Positions 53,370 to 64,000 of a stretch of DNA of 64,000 nucleotides are shown one piece after another (position 1 is the stretch's first letter; every line of letters begins with the position of its first letter). The notes below the pieces were generated by a model. It saw only the letters and a list, made by a program, of their open reading frames with translations. It ran no database searches and was not told where the DNA came from. Both the position numbers and the translations under genes were made by a program. Source of the DNA: Eledone cirrhosa (Eukaryota); contig OZ024740.1 in assembly GCA_964016885.1 (NCBI GenBank), forward strand, positions 136,834,001 to 136,898,000, written 5' to 3'.

Positions 53370-54689
53370 CTGTGGTTGTATTTATGATTGTACGTGTGTC
53401 CATATCTCTGTTTATGTCCCGTACCTTAACTGTTCCACAAAACCGTACAAGTCTTGAAAAAATAAATATTGGGGGTTGATATAATAGACTTAATGAAGGC
53501 GGTGCACCAGCATGGCCGCATGGGTGCATCAACTGACTGAAACAATTAAAAGAATAAACGAAAGAACATCAATAAATATAGCAGCAACAGCAACAGCAAC
53601 AATTCCTGCAGCAGCTGCAATATCAGCAAAAAAAAAACAAGATTAGCAACGGCAGAAACATGAACAACAGAAATTACAATGGCAAGGCTAGCAACAATAA
53701 CATCTGTAGCCACAAATAAATAACAACAGCAACAACAACAGAAACAATATAAGTAACAACACCTATAGTCACATATATTATAAGAGCAGAAAGAGATGTG
53801 CATGGCATTAATGACAATAATGTCAGCAACAACAATATTAACACTAACATAGATGGCATCAATAAAAGTACCAGTTCGATTATATGGTCCAATCACCTCG
53901 AAGCGTTAAGTGTTGTTGTTATTGTTATTGTTGTTGTTTAGCTCTAAATAAGCCCTTATCGAGTCGACCCACTATCAAAAGTGCTCCAACCGCGATCATC
54001 CAATGTTTCTGTATAACTAAGAATTCAGTCCAATGTTTATCCTTTTCAAGGTGATAGAGTGTGATTTGAAGGAATTTGGTTGTTATTTCTAGTAGGTCGA
54101 GTAACTGCGTGGAAGTACCTTCATATTTTTTATGTTAATCAGAGAAGGGAGCGCCCATGATCTTATATTGTTTAGGGTCTTTCAGGCTGGTGGGAAGAAG
54201 GGAAGAAGTTATCCCTAGACAAGAAGCTTGCCATAAATGCTTACTAAAGAGAGAACTCCGCTAAAAGCACCCACGTATCCGGTGGGGGTGTGAAATCACT
54301 TGACAGATTAGATCTACCACCAAAAGAACTGAAAACTCAGAGTCGGAAAAATACTGTAAGTATAACCGACGCTGTAACAATCTCGCCATGGACTGGTAGT
54401 TTATCTTATCGATCCAAGACCTTGAAAGAATGAAATGCAAAGTTGGTATCAGCGGGAGTGTAGAAAGCCAAAACAAATACTGCAAAACATTTTGTCCTAC
54501 GTTATAATAACTCTACCAATTCGTTGGTTCGAAGCGTCGGACCTTTCTAGAAATGTCAGTAACAAAAAAACAAACAAACAAAAAAACAAAAAAACAACAA
54601 CAAAAAAAAACCCAAACAAACAACAACAACAACAAAAACAAAACAAAAAAAACAACAACAACCCCCACCTTTTCTTCGTATTAATAAAA

Positions 54690-54910
54690 AGGGGATTGGC
54701 TGTATCGGTAGAGTGTCGGATAACATGCTTTGTCCCATTGTGTTATGGGCCTTTGCGTTTTTAGTTCAAATTCCGCCGAGGTTAGCTTTGCCTTTTATCC
54801 TTAGGGGTCGATAAAATAACGCACCAGTAACACATTAGTGTCGATTTAATCGACGCCCCCCCCCCCCCCCCCCTCAAAATTGTTGGCCTTGTGCCTAAAT
54901 CAGAAACCAT
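54690..54910 (+). mobile_element. tRNA-derived SINE
   Basis: Same head and core; TSD-like ttaataa.aagggg on both sides. Confidence 0.8.
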
Positions 54911-55504
54911 TAATAAGAAGGGGGACTAGAGCGCGAGTAGTACATTGCCGTAACCGGAAGAAACTGAGTAATTAATGTTTCAAATATTTTGTCATTGTGC
55001 TATACTAGATACAATGCTCCCACGGAAACATAATCCACGCCCCATGCAATAAGTAAGAGGTTTTGCCATAATTGCAGAACAATAACAACACTTGTACCAA
55101 CAGAAAGAGGAAGAGTTACCATTGTAAAATAAGCTAATGAGGAGATACATGCATGTGGTTATTTGGCCTCCTAGGAATAGCAGCCAAATCTTCATCAAAG
55201 AACACCTACTATCGAAAAAAGAAAGATAATTGTTTAGATACCCACCAGAAGACGGAATCATTATGGCTGGAATACTTTTGATCATAGGTCTGCTCTATCA
55301 AGGTTAGCCTTGGGCTAAATAACAACAACAATCTTTTTATGCTACACTAAAATTGGTACCATGCGATAGAGAAGTCTCTACGTAGTCACATATATGTTAG
55401 CTATAGCAACCAAATATAACATTAAATCATACACTTCTGTCTTATAAAGGAAAGACACTTTGGATACAATATGTCTGATAAACACACACACACTCACTCA
55501 CACA

Positions 55505-55616
<112 letters not shown>

Positions 55617-56546
55617 CATTTAATGACGATTAAAATTATACTCTGAGGGTATATCATCAAACAAATTTGAAGATATTTAATCAAGCAAAAGCCCTAGTTT
55701 GAGGATATTTCATCAAATAAAATCTTAGTTAGAGGCTATGTCACCAAACAAAGCAATACTCTGAGTGATTGTATGTTTTATTTTTTTATTTTTGTCGTTT
55801 TTTCTTTAATTTTGATGACTAAAAAAACTCTGAGTAGCTAACGCAAGCCGTCTACCACATATGTAATGATTCTGAAACTTTCACTTAAATTCAACACATG
55901 TAAATCACTGTAAAAAAGGATTTTCCGAATGATAGAAAAGTTCGCTTCGCAATGAGGGGACACTCGGTTAGATAATACTGCATGGCGTCTTCAGCAAATG
56001 TCTTTTATCATAAGCCTCCGGGCAATGATAAAAGACATTTGCTGAAGCCTGTCGTATGAACTGTACCGGTCATTCAAAAGTCCAGCTTTATCACATACGC
56101 CCTATTATGTTGATTTCGCCCATGGCTTACATTAAGGATAATCGCTAATTCAATGGATAAATAGTTTGGTTGATTCGTCAATTGAATATATAGATAATCG
56201 AAACAGACAAAAATCCATCTACGTTGATTATTCTAGAATATTTCAAGAACAGTAAAATACTCTTTTTTTTCAGTTGATAATTTTTTCTAACATTTTTCAT
56301 ATTTTCATTCTATTAGAAAAAGCGTTTTTTAAAAAAAAAATCTATCTTTTACTGAATGTATTTAGCATATCGCAAACTAATGACAATATATGGATGAAAC
56401 CATTTTTGCACATGGCTTTCTTTACTCTAGGGAGCATCCCACCATCTGGATCAATCAAATGTCATTATATATGGATATATTATATTATATCATATATAAT
56501 ATATTATACTGTATTACATTATAATATATTATATTATACTATATTA

Positions 56547-56584
<38 letters not shown>

Positions 56585-57227
56585 GTGTGTGTGTGTGTGT
56601 GTGTGCGCCCGCCTGCGTACTATGTATGTGTGTGTGATGTATCTATGTGTTTTTATGTTTGTATACTGCTTTTAGTAAAGCTATCGTAGATACTCTGCTA
56701 ATTTTTTTTGTGGAATTCTCTATATAATTATAGTGTTATTAACAAATGTTTTTCTTTCTTGTTTTATTTCGTGTTCTGATCGGTGTAGTAAATGATGGTC
56801 AACTGACGAGAAAGTGTCGTACTTGTATGTTCCGTGTAACAGTTTGAGTTTACAACTTTCACGTTTACATTGAAACGTGTATGATACTTTAGTTGTCTGA
56901 AATATATTGTATAATTTACTAGTTTGTAGTTTTGTGTTGATGAACAGGTTTTTCATTCCGGTGTTTTTGCATATATTTTTTTAGATTGTGGTTAGGTGTA
57001 ATTCAGGCTATGTTCTGTTTCATGAGTTTTTTAATGACGTATTTCTACGTCCTGTAACTGCTGTGCATTTAGTTCTCGTAATAGAGGATATATGTGGTTT
57101 GTGGACTGTAATTTTATTGGCTGTCGTATCTATTGTATCACTCTGGGCTAACGTGTCCTTGTATTATTCTATAACAGATGTCTCAAACATGTTTGGCCAC
57201 TGCCCCCTCACGGCCACGTAATATCCT

Positions 57228-57507
57228 CAGTGTTCCCCAACCCTATTTCCAGAGAGACCTGCCTACACGCAAATTGTAAATAATATATAATAAATAAAAT
57301 CGTTAGTTATATATAATAAATAATATAATATATACTATGTATAAATAAATATGTATTTTTTTTATTTTACTATATTTATATATAATATGTATCATTTGAT
57401 ATTTAATATACTATTATATCATCTCTGCCACCCACTTTGGCCCCAGCGCTCCCCTAGACCTTCTCAACGCTCCCCGGGGGCGGTAACACCCACTTTGAGA
57501 ACCTCTG
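57228..57507. mobile_element. hAT-type MITE (related fragment at about 34665-34870)
   Basis: CAGTGTTCCCCAA / TTGAGAACCTCTG termini; AT-rich body shared with 34680-34870. Confidence 0.65.
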
Positions 57508-57716
57508 TTCTATAGTAATATACAAGTGTCAGGTACTACATTGCAGATTTACAGCTGTCAATAGATTTAGAGCTGTCAATATATCTATTTTTTAGAAATC
57601 ATAAACAATGGCACTCCGAGGTAGGAGGCCATGAGAGTGGTCACTAAACTACGGTTTAGACCTTTATATTATATAGACAAACACATTTTAAAAAATAGTT
57701 CGAGGTAGAAGTATGC

Positions 57717-57751
<35 letters not shown>

Positions 57752-57752
<1 letters not shown>

Positions 57753-58038
57753 GTGTGTGTGTTTTGAAACAGTGAGCAGGTTTGAAATTAGAAAATAGAA
57801 TCGCTTTCACCGTATTTTTTGACTAAAGAAATTTTAGTCTGATAATGGGGATTAGAACCCTCAGATAAATGGAAAAAGATGAGTATTGACGTACATGCAC
57901 GTCAATACTCATCTTTTTCCATTTATCTGAGGGTTCTAAACCCCATTATCAGACTAACATTTCTTTAGTCAAAAAATACGGTGAAAGCGATTCTATTTTC
58001 TAATTTCAAACCTGCTCACTGTTTCAAAACACACACAC

Positions 58039-58039
<1 letters not shown>
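57752..58039. repeat. Fold-back palindrome (about 141-bp arms, 2 mismatches, 6-nt loop)
   Basis: Apex gtattg-ACGT-acatgc-ACGT-caatac; flanked by (TA)n/(CA)n. Confidence 0.95.
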
Positions 58040-58100
<61 letters not shown>

Positions 58101-58151
58101 GTAAGAATATTTTCGAAACAGCGAGTGGGTTTGAAATTATTAGAAATGTAA

Positions 58152-58343
58152 GCTATCGCCGTATTTTGATTAAAGAAATTAAAGAAATTATTTAGCCTGA
58201 TATTTGGGTTAAGAACCCTCGGAGAAATGGAAAAAGATGAGTATTGACGTCAATACTCATCTTTTTCCATTTCTCCGAGGGTTCTTAACCCCACTATCAG
58301 ACTAAATAATTTCTTTAATTTCTTTAGTCAAAATACGGCGATA

Positions 58344-58345
<2 letters not shown>
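58152..58345. repeat. Fold-back palindrome (97-bp arms, no loop), paralogue of 57752-58039
   Basis: Apex gtattg-ACGT-caatac; the left arm extends unpaired to 58101. Confidence 0.95.
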
Positions 58346-58419
<74 letters not shown>

Positions 58420-58469
58420 CGAGGTAGAAGTATCTATTATATATATATATATATATACATATATACATA

Positions 58470-59535
58470 TACAAAGTGTTAAAACGATCAAATTTTAGTT
58501 TAGAACATTTATTTGCTGACAATTGTTTCTTCCAGAGGGAAGTCTGGAATCATCGGAGCATAGGGAATGTCGAAACATGTGACTAAAATCCTAGTCATTC
58601 ATAACATTTAGGGTACATAGTTGTTGTTAGTGTCATAGACATCATGTGGAGAATCAGGAGTTAACAAGTTGTTATGCTTGAGAGAACACAATTACAGGCA
58701 GCACTGGTTGAAAGTGTAAGAGGTATAAGCAAAAAGTACACGCAAAAAAGTTATAAGCAAGGAAAAATGTGGGTTAGGATAGACATAAGATATCTTAACA
58801 TTGGAGAACAGTTATTACTATGGGTGTACAATGCAGGAGTCAATACAATCAATAAGGCATGTATGAGGAAATAGTTATAATGCAGTTGAAATAAACATAT
58901 TTTGTGTGGGATGTTAAAGCATGTTATAAGTGTTAGAAATGTTTAAGATAGCGTGCAATTTGTTAGAGAAGCATGTCGTGATAATGTAGGTATATGTTAT
59001 GTGGGGTGTAATGCAAAGCACATGATAGAGTTGGATAGGTGATTTTCATTCAAGTGTTTTTGTGTTGTAGTTCGTATGTATGTGTATATGTTGTTTGTAA
59101 CTCACAGCTATTAACCATGGGATTATTTTGAGTCGTTTATAGTCAATAGGTGTTTGTTTTTTAAATGTAAATTCCACCGAATTACTGGCCATGTTGTTAT
59201 TGTAGGTATATTATCTTATGCATTTTTATCTACAAACTATCTTTTCCAGGGTTTGTATTAACCGTTATTAAGTTGTTGTTAAACCGTTAGGTTGCTTAAT
59301 TTTATGAATTTACACAGGAAGTTGTAAAGGGAGGTAATTAAGGTTGCTGACAAATTGAGGGTTGTTTTATTATTTTAGTAGTGTTATAAATTAATTTTTA
59401 TAGAGTATATAAAATATTATTATTGGTTATTAATTATATAATTGTTATCTTTTCAACTTGTGTGGAGGGAGTTAAAAACATTTTAAAAATTATTTTATTA
59501 TAACTAGATAGTTTTTACATATGTATATATAATAT

Positions 59536-59632
<97 letters not shown>

Positions 59633-59970
59633 GTGTGAAAATGTATCTATATATATTTATATATATACATTTGTGCAGAGAGAGTTGAAGTTTTTTATGA
59701 CAGGATAGGGAGTTGCATTATATATACTGGAGTAATTGGTGTTATATACACAGTTGTCTGCTATTTAGTTGGTGTTGTATATTGAGAGTATATTAGAGTG
59801 TCTATATTATTTAATTATTTTAATTGTATAAGATAAGAGATCAAACAAGGGGTTTATTGACAGTATATAAGTTAGATCTTTTAATTAAGGTGTAGTCCTA
59901 TATTTATGAAGATCTAATTGGATAAATTAAAAGGTGGTGGTCTAGTGTTATCTCCGACATTGGTTTTTAA

Positions 59971-60021
<51 letters not shown>

Positions 60022-62524
60022 GTTACTAGGTTTGAAGTAGTGGAAAGAGAATCTATGGCAATATGGACACGTGGAGAAGATCGCTGATTTCCTATTTAGC
60101 AGGCTAAGATTAGAGTGAATAATATTTCTAGACTCAAGGATGCAAAAGTTACAAAATTTGTTAGGTGGTCTATATGAAGGGGCCTTAGCTATCACTTCCC
60201 ATTTTAAGGTGTATCGTATATTACTTGATTTTAATGAGTGTATGTATGTGGATAGTGAGGTTACGTTGCTAAGTTTAGGGTTTCTGAACGAATGAATGTG
60301 TGAATTTTATCTGGTCTTAAAGCTATTCGATGTTGAACCTATATATACTTTCGAGATGTGATTAGCAGTTACAGTACCGGAGTAGATAATGTTTTTAATA
60401 AGGCAGTTCTTATTTAATGGGCATGTCTTGTTAGATCTACAATTACAATTGTTTTGGTAACTAGTATACTGGTTAAGGGGGTATGAATTTGAGTGGTTGT
60501 TTCTGTTTCTACTTCTAGTATTATGATTATGGTAAGTATTTGTACTATTATTATTGGTATTATTAGTATGACTTGCTGTATGGTCCTGTACTGTGTTATT
60601 GTTCAGGTTATTTCTATGCTGGACATTATTACTTTGGTGTAATCTGAAGTACTTTTTAAACTTTCTCTTGTTGGTGCTGGCTATATGGTCTGCTATGTTA
60701 GGTGTGGTGGAGTAGGCGATTTTAATGGTATTTTTGTTAAATAGGTTGTGGTATTTATGGTTGATTGGGAAGTTATTGTCTAGAATAGAGAAGAAAGCTT
60801 TAGGTATGTTTGTTGAGACATTTAAGTTGAACGGAGGATTAAAAAATGTGTTACTTCTTCTTCTGTTCTTCTTATGGTTGTTATTCATACTACTGTTTTG
60901 TGTGGTGCTAGGTACCTTCTTATCTATATTTTTCTTTCTGAGGTTTTTCCTAGGATTATTGCTGTGGTGTGAGTTAACTTTTTTGATGCCCTCTGTATAG
61001 GAGTCGGGGTTTTCAATACTATGATCATATCTAATTTTATTCATGGCCATGTTGAGTGAAATTATATTAGGCTGTCTATGGGTGGTTAACGATTTAGGTT
61101 TAAATTTAATTTTATCTCTATGGCCGGAACAAGCTAAGGCTTCATTATAGTATTGGGAGTTACGGTTAAACGTATTATCGTTGCAAGAAAGACTAGAGAT
61201 TCTATTAGATACCCCTTTAATGATTGAGTTCAATACAGATTTAGGGTGGTTAGAGTTGGTATTAACATAGAAAAGTATTTCATTAGGTTTATGATAAGGT
61301 GTATATTTTTTAGAGTCTAAGTAGAGAGTTAAATCCAGGAAGTTAACATTTTTGGTGTTTTTATCTAAAGTGATACCTAAGTTGTAGTTTTTAAATATTT
61401 TATGCAATTATTTTCTAGTTCTTTCTATATTAAATTTTTTAAAGTCTACGAGGAAAAGTGCGTCGTCTCGATAGAGACCACCGTTCAGGTAAGGTAGGTT
61501 CTTATGTATTTCGTTTAAGAGAAATAGACCAACTAAGTCAGTTACCTGTGCCAAGTCGCTAGATCCCATGGTGATATCAAAGTTGTTGGGTGTATTCTTG
61601 CGGGTCCATAGTTGGTCTTCAAATTTAATTATTGTTTTCCTGGCCGCAAGGATTATATCTACCTGGGATCTAGTGAGTTCACTATTATTCATGGCCATTA
61701 TTAAGGCTTTATTTAAAAGGATAGGTGAAATAGAGGTGTAGTAGGAGTTTATATCGAATTGGATGAATTTCTTATTATTTTCATTAATACCATTAAACCA
61801 TTCAATTACTTCACTAGTGTTTCCACAGAGGTTAAAATGGATTTTTTGTTTAATTTGGGGGATTACTTTATCTAAATTTTTTTACTAATAATACCAATGT
61901 CGGATCTGGATGGGCAAATAAGTCTAATTGAGGGGTTAGTATTGAAGTCATCCTTATGGTCTTTCAGAGAGAATCGTGGGGGATTAGGGGTGTAAGGTTG
62001 TGTATATCTCTCTAGTCCTAATTTACATATTAAACTACGGGCTTCAATATTTATGTCATCCAGGTTTTTATGAGATGTTTTTTTGTAGTTCCTATAAAGT
62101 TCTTTATATATAAATTCTCTATATGTATCGTAATCTAGGCTATATATGTTTTTAGTTTTATCAGCTAGTACTAAGACATTCCTATTTTTATTAAAGATTT
62201 TTTATGGTGGAATTTAGATTATTTAGGAAGTTGTTCTTCTTATTGTAGTATTTCCTGTAGTTAATTTTTTTAACAAGTGACACAAGGTCGTTTTCAAATG
62301 AGTCCAGTAAGATATTGTGTGGAGTGCTTTTATATGTTTTGAAGCCGTATGTTTCAAACGAAGGTGCATCCTGTTCTTCCACAACGCGGTTCCTATCATA
62401 GTGGAAAGCCCCCATCTAACTCTTTTAATAAAAGAGTTGACACTATTAATCAGTAGTTTTTCATATGTATCCTTAGATGGGATATGTATGTCCTTCAAAG
62501 ACAAAGGAAGATAATCTTTGATCA

Positions 62525-62525
<1 letters not shown>
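58470..62525 (-). mobile_element. Near full-length, disrupted Penelope-like element (Naiad-type: RT plus C-terminal GIY-YIG), flanked by (TA)n
   Basis: Pseudo-ORF about 62520 to 60019: SLKDIHIPS..FIKRVRW, ADKT, FIQFDIKSYY, MGSSDLAQVTDLVG, GLYRDDAL, VNFLDLT, FNPPFN..VSTN, CNCR..CPL..CL, IIY..YIGST..FKTR, W.VI, C..C..E, LLNR; at least two frameshifts and two TAA stops. Confidence 0.9.
58514..58560 (-). ncRNA. Type I hammerhead (U4C) at the 3' end of the Penelope-like element
   Basis: Minus strand: tgct-CCGATGA-ttccaga-cttccc-tctggaa-GAAA-caattg-TC-agca, then AATAAA and (TA)n. Confidence 0.8.
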
Positions 62526-62571
<46 letters not shown>

Positions 62572-63286
62572 CACACACACACACATATATATATGAAATG
62601 TCGTCCAACGCAGATGACCATAATCATAGTCGATCACTATAAATACTAATTGAGAAAATCGGTAAAGTACCTCAGCTGACGGAAAAAGAAGTGGGGAGAG
62701 ATGCATGCGATAAATCGAACCTCACATCTCATGGAGGCAGGGCGAGTACGCTAAGCACTACGGTAAAGAGTCACTGGTCACCATTTCCGTCTTTTGGGAA
62801 TATTTTATGCTTGAAACTAGAAGTGTAAGCAACCGGTTGGGAAAATTTGAAAATTGAAATGTAGTCATCCAGTTAATATAATAGTAAATCACTATAAATA
62901 ATAGGTTGGAAAAAGAAAACGAAGCCTTTAGTCAAACGGTTGTTTACATATCTAGATACAAGCTAAAAATGTTGTAAAATGACGGAATTAGTGGCCAGCG
63001 GTTCTTTAACGTAGCGGTTAACCCCCTTACCTGGCATCTGAGAGATGCTGGGTTCGATTTCTCGCAGGCGCCTCTGATCACCGTTTCTGCCTCCAGAGTT
63101 CCTTATCCGATTTTCATAGTGATTGACTTTAATTATAGTCATTTGCTTTGGAAAGACTACATTTAAAATTTTTATTTTTCTCAGTGTTTCTTATATGTGT
63201 GTGTGTGCATCTAGAAACTCCGAATGCTTAGAAAGTTATATACCAGTTCGCGTTGTGTTTTATAGTTTATATATATATATATATAT

Positions 63287-64000
63287 TTAGGGTTCTCCCT
63301 AAAAATGAAAGGCAGGCTGTACGATGCCTGCATACGAACAGCAATGTTGCATGGCAGTGAGACCTGGGCATTGTGTGCAGAAGATATACGCAGACTAGAG
63401 AGAAACGAAGCTTGCATGCTCCGCTGGATGTGTAATAGTAATATACGTGAACGACAAAGCATAAACGAACTAAGGAAAAAATTAGAAATAAGAGGGATCA
63501 GATGTTGTTTACTAGAGAGAAGGCTACGTTGGTATGGTCACGTGATGCGCATGAAGGACGATAGCTGTATAACAAAGTGCAGGGCAATAAAGATAGACGG
63601 TAGCCACGGAATAAGCAGACCCAGAAAAACCTGGGACGAGCTGATAAACTCCGACCTCACACACTTACACCTCACCAAGACAATGTCACTGGACCGAGAC
63701 CTTTGGCGGTACTCAGTAATAGAGAAGACCCGCCTTACCTAAATACAAAGTAAAACCTACTACAGTCAGTAGGCATCTCTAACAAAATACACCCCCGTCC
63801 CACCACCCCCACCCCATCCACACCGCCCCCTTCTATGTAAAGTTATGTTGGTACCACACCATCCAGGCCGAAACAAATGAGATCGTGTAGGTGTCACGAC
63901 AAAAAAACACACAGTCCACGCTGTAATGTGGCCGTGTAGGCAACACGGTAAAAACCTCCCAGACCCACACTGTAAATGTGGTTGGTGTTAGGAAGGGCAT
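63287..64000 (+). mobile_element. 5'-truncated RTE LINE running off the window
   Basis: ORF 63305-63742 is the RTE C-terminus; its 3'UTR matches the other copies. Confidence 0.95.

Noticed and set aside
52850-53900. Gln/Asn- or Leu-rich ORFs (also 38630-38830 and 54555-54660)
   Set aside because: Degenerate (CAA)n microsatellites with no splice or homology support.
60307-61410. Selenocysteine recoding in the Naiad-type ORF
   Set aside because: The in-frame stops seen are TAA, not TGA, and frameshifts are present; this is ordinary decay.

Overview
AT-rich, repeat-dense animal genomic DNA, most likely an octopus or other coleoid cephalopod (inferred from the RTE/SINE repertoire and the heavy (TA)n/(CA)n load). 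One complete host gene is present: a 10-exon ECHDC3 (enoyl-CoA hydratase domain-containing 3) on the + strand, 7681-30773, 290 aa after manual splicing with consistent GT-AG phases. A divergent non-coding first exon probably lies upstream of it. The rest is transposon debris: at least 7 truncated RTE LINEs whose RT carries a PHD-type C4HC3 finger, CR1 and CRE remnants, many tRNA-derived SINEs, non-autonomous Helitrons, hAT/mariner/piggyBac-type MITEs, a near full-length but disrupted Penelope-like (Naiad-type) element and an older one. The main unexplained signal is a set of about 15 short elements abutting (TA)n tracts. Eight loci carry recognisable type I hammerhead ribozymes, mostly minimal and several with palindromic stem III. 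Many of the elements are 100-320 bp fold-back palindromes whose apex falls in or next to a hammerhead helix. The Naiad-type element ends in the same kind of hammerhead, which links these elements to Penelope-like retrotransposition. All calls were made by eye; no database search or folding program was run.
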